64,000 nt of DNA, from NCBI RefSeq assembly GCF_046119375.1, contig NW_027362761.1, positions 354,516,001 to 354,580,000 on the forward strand. Reading direction: 5' to 3'. The notes beneath the pieces were generated by a model. The model was not told the DNA's origin and searched no databases. It saw only the letters and a program-made list of their open reading frames with translations. This document shows, piece after piece, positions 12,912 through 25,722 of this stretch. Source of the stretch: Phyllobates terribilis (lineage: Eukaryota). Numbering within the stretch: the first letter of the stretch is position 1; every line of letters starts with the position of its first letter. The position numbers and the translations under genes are program-made.

Positions 12912-13263
12912 TAAATTGAACCTGTCACCATGAAAATGCAGTCCAATCTGCAGGCGCCATGTTATAGAGCCCGGGGAGCTGAACAGATTGATATATAGTT
13001 TTGTGAGAAAAGATTCAGTGTAACCTGTTTCATCATTTAAACCTCTGCTCTTTCTGGGATTTTGGGTCCAGTGGGAGGTCCTATCAGTGATTGTAAGCAC
13101 ACTTATACAAAGAAAGTTGTCAATTACTAATAGGATCCCCACTGGACCCAAAATCCCAGAAAGAGCAAAGGATTAAATGATGAAACAGGTTATGCTGAGT
13201 TATATATATCTGCTCAGCTCCCCCTGCTCTATAACATGATGCCTGCATTAAGTTTCCCTTTAA
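12912..13263. mobile_element. T2/Kolobok-type MITE
   Basis: ttaa...gaacctgtcacc start and ...ccctttaa end, with internal inverted repeats. Confidence 0.65.
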
Positions 13264-13333
13264 GCTTGCAAGCAGATCATCTCCAATGATTGTACACAAG
13301 TATATAATACATATATTTTTGTTTAATTTTTAG

Positions 13334-13450
13334 AATTATGCTTTATGCAAAGAAAGGATGAGTGAACGAGGTGAACTCTTTCTAAAAAGGATCTCCTCAT
13401 CAAGGGACAAGATTACAAAACTCTGCTGCCCGTTTATAAAGGATGGAGCT
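13334..13450 (+). CDS. EIF2B1: EIF2B1 exon 4 ([39 protein letters not shown])
   Basis: tttag|...|gtgagt, 117 nt, in phase. Confidence 0.96.
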
Positions 13451-13869
13451 GTGAGTGTGGAAAATATCTGAAGTCCAACTTGTTGGAATTAAAGGGTTTC
13501 CCTGGCACAGCGCACTTCAGCAGCATCGGGATGTGAGCGGCGCTGATGATGGTGCATCGACACATGGCTGCCAGGATGTGGGCACCACAGATATGCTGTT
13601 TGAATAGGCTTTACTGCTCGCAGGAGTCGCTTTAAACAGCTGAGAAGGGCTGCTGATCATCATTGACCTAATATCAATGGCCTATTTTAGGGATAAACCA
13701 TCATTTTTAAAAAGCTGAAAATCCCTTATTTTACAAACTATGCACTGATTGTAGTAGTCAGGGAACAATTGGATAAGTTATGGTATATTTTACTACAGTG
13801 TCAGTTCGTGGAGCTATTAATCCTACTGTATGACTATTATTTAACCTTTAATTTCTGTTCATTTTGCAG

Positions 13870-13982
13870 AAAATTTTAACCCATGCTTACTCCCGGGTGG
13901 TTATGAAGGTTTTGGAAGAAGCTGCAGCTGCTAATAAACGCTTTAGTGTCTATGTTACGGAGTCACAGCCAGACTTATCAGG
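13870..13982 (+). CDS. EIF2B1: EIF2B1 exon 5 ([11 protein letters not shown]...[11 protein letters not shown])
   Basis: gcag|...|gtgagc, 113 nt; [10 protein letters not shown] motif. Confidence 0.97.
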
Positions 13983-14826
13983 GTGAGCACACCGCTGTCC
14001 TAAGTGCCAATATGGTCCTCAAGCTTTACAGAATTATAATGACAGGTGGCTGACATTTCCATTACAGCAATAATAGCTTCCATATGCCTAATACAAATTG
14101 CAGAGGTTTCCTGCTCTCACATTTAGGCAATTCAGAGTAGGCGAAGTGGAACGTTTGCTGTACTTCGCTGAGAGATACAGCAATACCATAGAAAGAGACT
14201 ATTCAGGTATTGCCCCCCAACTGGCTGCTCCAGGTGATCGACAGGTTTCTTTCATATGTGTACTTAGCGAGAGGCCTGTCAGTTACCTGGAGCGGTGCTG
14301 GGAAAAGCCGGCTATTCTAATTATTTTCTCTTAAACACTGGAGTATTTCAGAGAAAAATAACCCTAATCGTGCAGTTGAGCTCCGATTCTTGCTTTCTGT
14401 GGTTTGGGTAGCATGAATTGCATGGCAGGTTTCCATTAAGGCCTGTGAGCGAGATGAATTCTCTTCTATTGCCTTTTGAACTCCAAATAGTAAAGTATGG
14501 TTGTGAGCGCTCGGTAAATCAAACAGCACAACCTTGGCATGGTGTACTAAACAGGATTGTGTTTTATTATTCAGGCCACTTCTTTTATGCTGTCACAAAG
14601 TTAGAAAACCTCCTGGTGAAAAATGTAGCCATTATTAGTCAATGAAACTTTTTGCACTTTTAGTTTTTTTTTTTTCAATGGATCCTTGTTTCTGAACTGG
14701 AAAAAAAAAAAAAAAAAAAAAGATTAGTGCAAGTCCTATTCTGGTCCAGTTATGGAAAGGTAGTATTTTCTGAATATATTGGTTACAACAGGCCTGTGTT
14801 GCAATCATATATTTCTTGCCCAATAG

Positions 14827-14895
14827 GAGGAATATGGCTGAAGCTCTGCAACAAATTCATGTTCCAGTCACTGTGATCCTGGATGCCGCAGTGGG
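14827..14895 (+). CDS. EIF2B1: EIF2B1 exon 6 (RNMAEALQQIHVPVTVILDAAVG)
   Basis: aatag|...|gtgagt, 69 nt. Confidence 0.96.
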
Positions 14896-14930
14896 GTGAG
14901 TTAGTGATGTGTTGAAAGCACAAAATTACA

Positions 14931-15270
14931 AGGGTTTTCCCACGAACAAAAGTTAATTTTAATCCATGGCTGTGTCTGACCGTGTGCAGAATATACCACA
15001 TCTCCTGGGCAGGGGAGGAAGCAAAAGACAATACAGATATTACATCAGGGGATCACAGAGGATTCTTTTTGTGAGGTAAAATATTGTTTATAAACAGGTA
15101 GGGAAATGTTTTACCTCACAAAAAGAATCAGCTGTGATCCCATACTGTAATGTCTGTATTGTCTTTTCCTTCCTCCCCTGCCCAGGAGCTGTGGTATGAT
15201 CAGACCATGTTCCTTAAACAGGCAGACACAACCATTGATTAAAATGACCTTTTGTTAGTGGGAAAACCCC
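14931..15270. mobile_element. Palindromic T2/Kolobok-type MITE in EIF2B1 intron 6
   Basis: AGGGTTTTCCCAC ... GTGGGAAAACCCCT|TTAA. Confidence 0.8.
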
Positions 15271-15317
15271 TTTAATGTCTACAGTGTTTCACAACTTAAA
15301 TGGTTTCTCTTTGCCAG

Positions 15318-15393
15318 TTATATCATGGAGAAAGTAGATCTGGTGATTGTGGGAGCTGAAGGAGTAGTGGAGAGCGGAGGAATAATCAATAAG
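15318..15393 (+). CDS. EIF2B1: EIF2B1 exon 7 ([25 protein letters not shown])
   Basis: ccag|...|gtaaac, 76 nt; VGAEGV motif. Confidence 0.97.
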
Positions 15394-16028
15394 GTAAACT
15401 ACAATTATTTTAAAGAGTAACTCTCCTGCCATATCTTATATTGGTATGGAAAGGGGAAGAAAGAATGCTTGGCCATACAGCCGGTGGGGGGTATTAGAGA
15501 AGGGGTAGCAGGAGACTCCCAGTGTACCACTATATATACACACATATACATACATACACATATATATATATATATATATATATCTGCCAGCACCTAGTTA
15601 TCAATAACAGACAAGCAGCTCCCATGTAGAAGGAGACCACAAGGTATTACTCCATCACATCCTTCACCCCTACTGGTCTGTAATGGACATATTTTATACG
15701 TGTGTTTAGGAGTATATACTGTAATTATGTGACAACTCAGGGTCAGTTTAGCTTATGGGACCACCTTGTCTGAGTTACATAATTCTCTCTCCTCCCGGTC
15801 TAAACCTACCAGAACTCTGAACACTGGCACAGACTTCCGGGAGAATTCCATGTCCAGAGTCCAGCACCGGACACTAGGTGTTTGGGTTCGCTCATCTCTA
15901 CTAATAAGCCTAATTAAACAGCTCAAGTCTCGGACGGGTGGAGTAGGAGTCCGCTTTTCCTTCCCCCAGTTCCTATTCCAGGTTTTACATTTTACATGTC
16001 AGGGAAAGACATCTTTCTAAGTTGGAAA

Positions 16029-18150
16029 CCGAAAAACCTACAAGAAGCAAAATGAACAAAAACCCTGCTGTAAATAAATAAAAAGCAAGTGCATTTAAAT
16101 AACATAGGGTTCTTGGTAACAATGTTTTTGTCTTTTCAAAAATAGTATAAAGCTAACCCACCAGCAACAAGTTGAACCCGTTCGGGATAGACCTACACTG
16201 TCACATATTAAAAACCTTACCATGTGTCAAAATTGACCTCAGTGTGAATAATTTTTTTTTATTATTTTGTATTTTTTTGCATTCTGTACAAACCTGGGTG
16301 TGGCCTTCCTGCCTAAAGCTGGATAATACTTTAAAAAGCTTCCCTTGGCTGGGTGTTCATAGTTTGGGGCTTGGGCCTTTGTCTATCCTTATTCACATTG
16401 AGGTCAACTTTGACACATGGTAAGGTTTTTAATATTAGACAGTGTAGGTCTATCCCAAACGGGTTCACCTTGTCGCTGGTGGGATAGCTTTTATACTATT
16501 TTTGATCAAAAACAGTGTTACTAAGACCCCTATTTTATTTAAATGCACTTGCTTTTTATTTACACTGCTCAAAAAAATAAAGGGAACACTCAAATAACAC
16601 ATCTGAATGAATGAAATGTTCTCATTGAATACTTTGTTCAGTACAAATTTGAATGTGCTGACACCAAAATCACACAAAAATCATCAATGGAAATCAAAAT
16701 TTATTAACCAATGGAGGCCTGGATTTGGAGTTACCCCCAAAATTAAAGTGGAAAAACACACTATAGGCTGATCCAACTTTGATGTAATATCCTTAAAACA
16801 AGTTAAAATGAGGCTCAGTATTGTGTGTGGCCTCCAAGTGCCTGTATGACCTCCCTACAACGCCTGGGCATGCTCCTGATGAGGTTGCGGATGGTCTCCT
16901 GTGGGATCTCCTCCCAGACCTGGACTAAAGCATCCGCCAACTCCTGAACAGTCTGTGGTGCAACGTGACATTGGTGGATGGAGCGAGACATGATGTCCCA
17001 GATGTGCTCAATCGGATTCAAGTCTGGGGAACGGCGGGCCAGTCCATAGCTTCAATGCCTTCATCTTGCAGGAACTGCTGACACACTCCAGCCACATGAG
17101 GTCTGGCATTGTCCTGCATTAGGAGGAACCCAGAGCCAACCGCACCAGCATATGGTCTCATAAGCGGGTCTGAGGATCTCATCTCGGTTTCCTAATGTCA
17201 ATCAGGCTACCTCTGGCGAGCACATGGAGAGCTGTGTGGCCCTCCAAAGAAATGCCACCCTACACCATTACTGACCCACTGCCAAACCAGTCCCGCTGAA
17301 GATCGCTCTCCACGGCGTCTCCAGACTCTGTCACGTCTGTCACATGTGCTCAGTGTGAACCTGCTTTCATCTGTGAAGAGCACAGGGAGCCAGTGGCGAC
17401 TTTGCCAATCCTGGTGTTCCGTGGCAAATGCCAAGCATCCTGCACGGTGTTGGGCTGTGAGCACAACCCCCCCATCTGTGGATGTCAGGCCCTCATACCA
17501 CCCTCATGGAGTCGGTTTCTAACCGTTTGTGCAGACACATGCACATTTGTGGTCTGCTGAGGGTCATTTTGCAGGGCTCTGGCAGTGCTCCTCCTGTTCC
17601 TCCTTGCACAAAGGCGGAGGTAGCGGTCCTGCTGCTGGGTTGTTGCCCTCCTACGGCCCCCTGCACGTCTCCTGGTAGCGCCTCCAGCCTCTGGACACTA
17701 CGCTGACAAACACAGCAAACCTTCTTGCCACAGCTCGCATTGATGTGCCATCCTGGATGAGCTGCAGTACCTGAGCAACTTCTGTGGGATGTAGAGTCAG
17801 TCTCATGCTACCATGAGTATGAAAGCACAACCAACGTCCAAAAGTGACCAAAACATCAGCCAGAAAGCATTGGTACTGAGATGTGGTCTGTGGTCCCCAC
17901 CTGCAGAACCACTCCTTTATTGAGGGTGTCTTGATAATTGCCAATAATTTCCATCTATTGTCTATTCCATTTGCACAACAGCATGTGAAATTGATTGTCA
18001 ATCAGTGTTGCTTCCTAAGTGGACAGTTTGATTTCACAGAAGTTTGATTTACTTGGAGTTATATTCTCTTGTTTAAGTGTTCCCTTTATTTTTTTTGAGT
18101 AGTGTATTTACATCAGGGTTTTTGTCCATTTTGCTTCTTGTAGGTTTTTC
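16029..18150. repeat. Long foldback element, right arm interrupted by a Tc1 element
   Basis: 16029-16240 is the inverted copy of 16385-16562 plus 18105-18150. Confidence 0.8.
16563..18104 (-). mobile_element. Tc1 (DD34E) transposon with a degraded transposase
   Basis: TA|cactgctcaaaaaaataaagggaacact ... agtgttccctttattttttttgagtagtg|TA. Remnants include FTDESRF and MQDNARPH...DW, plus NPIEHIW after a frameshift. Confidence 0.92.
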
Positions 18151-18410
18151 TGATTCTTGGCCATTGTGAAACATGCATGTACTGTATGTATACCATCTTA
18201 AACCAAGCTCAAATTTTGTGGGTTTTTTTTAAGATGGAAACCGCCTGGTTGCCTCAAATATTATACATTAGTGGCAAAAATATGACCCTCCGGCAACTTC
18301 ACTGCCAGTCTATAAAACAATTCAGCTTTTGCAAAATCTATTTTGTGAATCTTTATTGAATAACACAAAATGCTCTCTCTTTAAATATAAGTTCTGCTGC
18401 AGTTGACGTA

Positions 18411-20016
18411 CAGTACAGACCAAAAGTTTGGACACACCTTCTCATTTAAAGATTTTTCTGTATTTTCATGACTATAAAAATAGTACATTCACACTGAAGG
18501 CATCAAAACTATGAATTAACACATGTGGAATTATATACTTAACAAAAAAGTGTGAAACAACTGAAAATATGTCTTATATTCTAGGTTCTTCAAAGTAGCC
18601 ACCTTTTGCTTTGGTGACTGCTTTGCACACTCTTGGCATTCTCTTGATGAGCTTCAAGAGGTAGTGACCGGAAATGGTCTTCCAACAATCTTGAAGGAGT
18701 TCCCAGAGATGCTTAGCACTTGTTGGCCCTTTTGCCTTCACTCTGCGGTCCAGCTCGATTGGGTTCAGGTCTGGTGACTGTGGAGGCCAGGTCATCTGGC
18801 GTAGCCCCCCATCACTCTCCTTCTTGGTCAAATAGCCCTTACACAGCCTGGGGGTGTGTTTGGGGTCATTGTCCTGTTGAAAAATAAATGATGGTCCAAC
18901 TAAACGCAAACCGGAAGGAATAGCATGCCGTTGCAAGATGCTGTGGTAGCCATGCTGGTTCAGTATGCCTTCAATTTTGAATAAATCCCCAACAGTGTCA
19001 CCAGCAAAGCACCCCCACACCATCACACTTCCTCCTCCATGCTTCACGGTGGGAACCAGGCATGTAGAGTCCATCCGTTCACCTTTTCTGCGTCGCACAA
19101 AGACACGGTGGTTGGAACCAAAGATCTCAAATTTGGACTCGTCAGACCAAAGCACAGATTTCCACTGGTCTAATGTCCATTCCTTGTGTTCTTTAGCCCA
19201 AACAAGTCTCTTCTGCTTGTTGCCTGTCCTTAGCAGTGGTTTCCTAGCAGCTATTTTACCATGAAGGCCTGCTGCACAAAGTCTCCTCTTAACAGTTGTT
19301 GTAGAGATGTGTTTGCTGCTAGAACTCTGTGTGGCATTGACCTGGTCTCTAATCTGAGGTGCTGTTAACCTGCGATTTCTGAGACTGGTGACTCGGATAA
19401 ACTTATCCTCAGAAGCAGAGGTGACTCTTGGTCTTCCTTTCCTGGGGCAGTCCTCATGTGAGCCAGTTTCTTTGTAGCGCTTGATGGTTTTTGCAACTGC
19501 ACTTGGGGACACTTTCAAAGTTTGCCCAATTTTTCGGACTGACTGACCTTCATTTCTTAAAGTAATGATGTTTTTCTTTACTTGGCTGCTTTTTTCTTGC
19601 CATAATACAGATTCTAACAGTCTATTCAGTAGGACTATCAGCTGTGTATCCACCTGACTTCTGCACAACACAACTGATGGTCCCAACCCCATTTATAAGG
19701 GAAGAAATCCCACTTATTAAACCTGACAGGGCACAGCTGTGAAGTGAAAACCATTTTGGTGACTACCTCTTGAAGCTCATCAAGAGAATGCCAAGAGTGT
19801 GCAAAGCAGTCATCAAAGCAAAAGGTGGCTACTTTGAAGAACCTAGAATATAAGACATATTTTCAGTTTTTTCACACTTTTTTGTTAAGTATATAATTCC
19901 ACATGTGTTAATTCATAGTTTTGATGCCTTCAGTGTGAATGTACAATTTTCATAGTCATGAAAAAACAGAAAAATCTTTAAATGAGAAGGTGTGTCCAAA
20001 CTTTTGGTCTGTACTG
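18411..20016 (-). mobile_element. Full-length DD38E (Intruder-type) Tc1-like transposon with a defective transposase
   Basis: TA on both sides and TIRs of about 268 bp (18411-18679, 19750-20016). The true ATG at 19603 is frameshifted by an 8-nt deletion. A 15-nt deletion removes MVWGE after NPIE. 38 residues separate the second D and the E. Confidence 0.93.
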
Positions 20017-20503
20017 TACGTATTATAAAACACAATGTATCTCTTTACAAGTCATCTGAATCTGGATAGGCCCAGATACAGTCATCAGGATCCAGTCTTT
20101 AAGAAATGGGTAACGCCAGGTAGCTTCCAAGTTATATATTTTAGAGATGGGTATCGCTGGCTGTCATTTGGATTTCTCTCATCTGTTATATATAGTTCAA
20201 AGCCCCTCGGGACTTGGAAATCTCTCCAATTATGTCACTACTTGTCGTTCTTTCAACCAAGAGTCACCTGCATTTAGGAAAACTCATTTTGTGAATACTG
20301 GGGCTCATACCTTTAAGTCCAAAATATTGTTACTGTATAAAAAAAAAAAGTAAGGTTTGGGCTCTAAGACCAGCAGATCTGTCCATGAATTACACTGCTT
20401 CTAATCAAGCAGTGGTGTTTTAAAGTCTTTTCAAACAGTCATATAGTGTATGATGACCTGAAAACCCCATTGTATAACATTTTTTTTATGGATTTTACCG
20501 CAG

Positions 20504-20629
20504 ATTGGCACAAATCAAATGGCTGTATGTGCCAAAGCTCAGAATAAACCATTCTATGTGGTGGCAGAAAGTTTCAAGTTCGTTCGTCTCTTCCCACTGA
20601 ATCAGAGAGATGTACCAGACAAGTTTAAG
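20504..20629 (+). CDS. EIF2B1: EIF2B1 exon 8 ([42 protein letters not shown])
   Basis: cgcag|...|gtgaga, 126 nt; nearly identical to human. Confidence 0.98.
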
Positions 20630-21339
20630 GTGAGAATACTATAAGAATGATGTATGGTTTGTAGGAGCTTAAAAGACTGTCAAGTTAGCAGAAGTAAGAC
20701 TCATGAAGAAGGCAGCCATCATATGATCTGTCTGTATCTTTCTAGGGATTTTTTTTTCTGTACAAGGACATATGTTGTTACAATTCACAGGTATTGGCCA
20801 GTTTACGTGAAAAAATGGTGTAGGACAAATGATTTTGTAGCACTTACTAATATATAGGTATGACAGGTTCTCCTCCTGCACTTGTTAGAGCAGCTTTCCT
20901 CACAGCTCTCCTGTCCATACAATGGCTTCTGGTGGAGGAGCAGTGACCAGATGTCCATCAGTTTCCTCCATTTGAAAACACTGAGGAGGCTGATGGACAG
21001 GTCTGGTCAGATGCTCCTCCAGCAGCAGCCATTGCATGGGCAGAAGTGGTCTACGGCCTGAGGGATCACAACGAGTGAGGAGCAAAGAAAAACTTTGTTT
21101 GTTTGGGCTCAATAACAGCTGAGCAATTGGACTCTGTATTATCTAGCAACAGTGAATCACAGTGTATCATATCTACAGCTGGTCCATAAATACCCCAATA
21201 CCTTAAAAGAAGGGAAAAAGGGGGGATGGATGCAAGGGTACTTAGGTGTAGATTATATCCAGCAGCTCTTTTCCACATATTATGGACGCCTGGGCCCATT
21301 TTTGGAATATCTTATTTGTAACCCATTACTTCACATATA

Positions 21340-22421
21340 CAGGTGCTTCTCACAAAATTAAATTAACTTTGATATTCTATTTCAGTTCTTCAATACAAAA
21401 AGTGAAACTCAGATATTACATAGTCATTACAAGCAGAGTGATCTATTTCAAGTGTTTATTTCTGTTAATGTTGATGATTATGGCTTACAGCCAATGAAAA
21501 CACAAAAGTCATTATCTCCGCAAATTAAAATAATTAAAAAACACCTGCAAAGGCTTCCTAAACATTTAAAAAGGTCTTTTAGTCTGTTTCAGTAGGCTCC
21601 ACAATCATGGGAGAGACTGCTGACTTAACAGATGTCCAGAAGGTAGTCAGTGACACACTTCACAAGGTCCCAGAGTTCCAATTTTCATTTAGAAATCAAG
21701 GTCCCAGAGTCTGGAGGAAGAGTGGAGAGGCCACAATCCAAGCTGCTTGAGGTCTAATTTGAAGTTTCCACAATCAATGATGGTTTGGGGAGCCATGTCA
21801 TCTGCTGGTGTAGGTCCACTGTGTTTTATCAAGATCAAAGTCATTTGCCTACCAGGAAATGTTAGAGCACTTCATGCTTCCCTCTGCAGACAAGCTTTTT
21901 GGAGATGGAAATTTCATTCTCCAGCAGGACTTGGCACCTGTCCACACTGCCAAAAGTACCAATACCTGGTTTAAAAACAACAGTATCACTGTGCTTGATT
22001 GGCCAGCAAACTCGCCTGACCTTAATCCCATAGAGAATCTATGGCGTATTGTCAAGAGGAAGATGAGAGACACCAGACCCAACAATGCAGACGAGCTGAA
22101 GGCTGCTATCAAAGCAACCTGGGTTTCCATAACACTTCAGCTGTGCCACAGGCTGATCGCCTCCATGCCACGCCACATTGATGCAGTAATTGATGCAAAA
22201 GGACTTCGGATTTTATAAACATTTTTCAAGCTGTTGTTATAAAGTATTCTAATTTACTGAGATAATGACTTTTGTGTTTTCATTGGCTGTAATCCGTAAT
22301 CATCAACATTAACAGAAATAAACACTTGAAATAAGTCACTTTGTAATGACTCTATATAATATTAGTTTCACTTTTTGTATTAAAGAACTGAATGATATTC
22401 TAATTTAGTCAGATGCACCTG
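21340..22421 (+). mobile_element. Internally deleted Tc1 (DD34E) transposon in EIF2B1 intron 8
   Basis: TA|caggtgcttctcacaaaatta ... agatgcacctg|TA. ORF 21859-22218 encodes QQDLAPVH...[15 protein letters not shown] with a 34-residue spacer. Confidence 0.92.
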
Positions 22422-22806
22422 TATTAAGCAAGGGGCTGGATTTTATACATCTGTATCAATAGGACTCAATGAAGAACCCTAATTAAGTGATTACGAGATG
22501 TGTCCATATAGTGTATGTTGTGTCAAAACAATATAGTCTGCAATGATGCTTTATCCATACATTGCTAGTTAGGGTCATGGCCTTTTATTACACAATGTTT
22601 ATAATGTGGTCTGGTCGTGGTAACATTGCTAATAACTGGTTCAGCAATTCTTCGATTATTTGTTTTGGTGCTGTCCAGAGAAAGCACACTAATCACTTAT
22701 GGCTGAAGATTTGGGAATCTGTCAGCATTTACTTTTAAAAGACAAGGGGATTGCAGTTCCAGCTTGGATGTACAGCTTGTTATAGTCCTGGTTTTGTTTC
22801 TTTCAG

Positions 22807-22962
22807 TACAAAGCAGACACGCAGCAGCAGAAGAAAGACCTTAAGAAAGAGCACCCCTGGATTGACTACACATCACCCTCCCTAATCACATTGCTATTTA
22901 CAGATCTGGGAGTCCTGACTCCATCAGCTATAAGTGATGAACTCATCAAACTGTATTTATAA
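22807..22962 (+). CDS. EIF2B1: EIF2B1 exon 9, terminal (YKADT...[36 protein letters not shown])
   Basis: ttcag acceptor and TAA stop at 22960-22962. The total CDS is 912 nt (303 aa), translation initiation factor eIF2B subunit alpha. Confidence 0.98.
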   Translation, partial: YKADTQQQKKDLKKEHPWIDYTSPSLITLLFTDLGVLTPSAISDELIKLYL

Positions 22963-23022
22963 CAGGAGATTAAAGTTAGCCCCACAATACAAGGCATGTT
23001 GTAAATAAGAGATTGCTGTGAT

Positions 23023-23028
23023 ATTAAA
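23023..23028 (+). terminator. Candidate EIF2B1 polyadenylation signal (ATTAAA)
   Basis: First canonical-type hexamer, 60 nt after the stop codon. Usage is not demonstrated. Confidence 0.4.
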
Positions 23029-25722
23029 TTCTTTCCGTAAGAGATCAATTCCATCATGTAGCTATGTAAAATAACTATGGGTGGTTATGTTTTCAGACAC
23101 AGTACAAATAGAAAAACGTCAGACAGCCGTTACCTGCGCTAACCATTTATATGGCTTGAAGTGGCGCCATTACCCTTTCACTTCCAACCTCATGGCTCAA
23201 TGATGTGCTGATGGTTTACAATGGTAGGCTGCAGGCTACAGAAGGATGCGGTCACCACAACCATTTTAATGCTTCAAAAGCGATAGTTATTTTCACTATA
23301 TACCATAATAATGTAGAAAAATGCATTATATAGTACAAGCTCCATAGAGTGACTAAAAGTAGTTAAAATATATATGTATTAAAAAGGCATATTTAGTATC
23401 ACTGCATCAGCAAAAGTCAAATCTATTAAAATATAAATTAAAGCATATTGAACACTGTAAAGAAAACAAGAACATCGAAATACCAGAGTTGCTGTTTTTT
23501 TGGTCACCGCACTCCCTCAAAGTTAAACGAAAAATTGTTTGTTTTTTTTTTAAAAAAAGCCCTCCCACAGATCCATCAATGGAAAAATAAAGTTATGGGT
23601 CTTTGAAAAAAAAAAAAGTTTATCATCATTTCCAGAGTTCAACATTTTTTAAAATCAGTAACAAAGAAAAGCAAAATCATGTTTGGCATCACCATAATCA
23701 TACTGGCCTGTAGAGTCCAATTCGTAAAAATGAAACCCAAAAACAAAGAAGGAATTTGGCACGACGTAACATTGTGCTACTAATCAGAAGAGGGAGATAG
23801 GTGATTTGCAGGCTATGGACCACTGAGGTGCCCGCTGGACAAGGGTCCTGCGAAGCAATTCACTCATGGTTAGTTACTACTGTTCAGTATAATGAGTGAA
23901 TGTCCCCCCATCTTGGAGAATGAGTTTGTAAGTATAACACATGGGTAAATTAATTCACAGAACAGATTTAAATACATGACAGAGTAAATGGTCCTTATGC
24001 GCTTGGAGGTTGTTACAAATGAAAATAAATCATGAAAGATTTTTACTAAAAACACTTTACATGTCCATTTCAAAAATAGAAAAATTCAGTTGGAAAATTA
24101 CATCATCTTAAAAATGTCAAATAATTGTGTGATAAAACAGCAGAGTATCGAATCCACACAGCCTGCTTTATATACAATAAATCTAGACTGACACTTCAGT
24201 ACAGCGAACAGGTATACACCAAGGTTAAAGGGAACTTGTCACCAGGTTTTCTTAATATAAACTAAATCCACCGCCTTTGTTAATTGGTTTATTACTGCAG
24301 TCCATCAACCTGCAACTCCTGCATATCGTAAAAAATACCTTTAAGTCTCCAGCGCCTTATGCTAATCAGCTTAGTCCAGTCTGGTGGGCGTCTGTGCCTC
24401 CATCACCAGAATCACCCTTCTCCTGCTTTGACTGATGTGAATGATGCGTCCTAGATCATCCACAAGTCCCTACAAATCTTGCGCTAATGGCTTCACTCCC
24501 AGTTAATTGGCGCCGATGCATTAATGGATTCTGCTCTGCCCTTAGTAAGTTTTGCAGGGTTATATGAATGACAGGACGCGTCATCTACATCAAGGAAGAA
24601 CGGCGATTCTGTAGACAGAGGCGGCGGTATGGAAGGCTAATGAAAAGTATTTTTTGGGATATGCAGGGAGAGTTGAGGGCTTATATGCAGGTTGATGGGC
24701 TGTGGTAATAGACCAGATAAAGGTGCAGACATTAGTTTGTATTGGAAAAACCTGGTGACAGATTTCCTTTACGTTCCTACATAGAGTTAAACAATGCTGC
24801 ATATTTTTGATGCGCAAAAATGCAGAAAAGTGAATGGAATTTTTTTTTCTAAAAGCTGAGCAAATTGACCTGCAGTGTTTCAAATCCGCAATATGCCAAT
24901 TTCCCTTGCGAGTATGCAGTTTTATGTGCAGATTTTCCCTACAGAATTCCATTAGATGTGGAAACACTGCAGGTAAAAGCATATGCACTTTTAGTGGGTG
25001 TCCTGCGGCTACATTCACATTTTACCATTCTGTTTCTCGGTTCTGTTTTTAGGAACAGACAACAGAATCAATATCAAAAGCGGATTTGGGACATAATTGA
25101 TACAAATGGAAGCAGAGGCACCCCATTGATTATTATGGGATTTGTCTGGATTCGGTTTTGTTTCAGTTTTTAAAACTGAATAAAAATTTCTGCATTATGC
25201 GTTCTAAAAACAGATAAACCAGATCCCATATTAATCAGTGGGGTCTTTGTTTTCATTTACATCAGTTATGCCACAGATCGGCTTTTCACATTAATTCTAT
25301 TATCTGTTCCTAAAAACAAAACAATGTCAAAAGCAGATATGTGGCATAACTGATGCAAATGGAAACAGAAACCCCATTGATTATTATGCGGTCTGTTTTG
25401 TATCTCTTTTTAGAAAGCCGAAATTTTTATTCCGTTTACAAAATTGAAACCTTAACTCCCATGGATCCCATAATAATCAATGAGGTCCCTCTGTTTCTGT
25501 TTGCATTTGTTTTGTGACAAATCTGTTTTTGATGTTAATTTTGTTTAGAAAGAAACAAGAAACAAAGAAACTGAATGAAAACAAATGTGAACATAGCCTA
25601 ATCTTTATTCCCCTTCCATAAAAACAGGATCTTCTCACAAGCGTATCAGCAGAGCCCCTGCCCCTCCGCCATACCCTATACACCTATGGTTGGGGTGGGA
25701 GGCTGATCCTCTTACTGGTTAC

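Noticed and set aside
18574-19692. 372-aa ORF as an intact active transposase
   Set aside because: The N-terminus is out of frame with the real ATG (8-nt deletion), and five residues after the catalytic E are missing.
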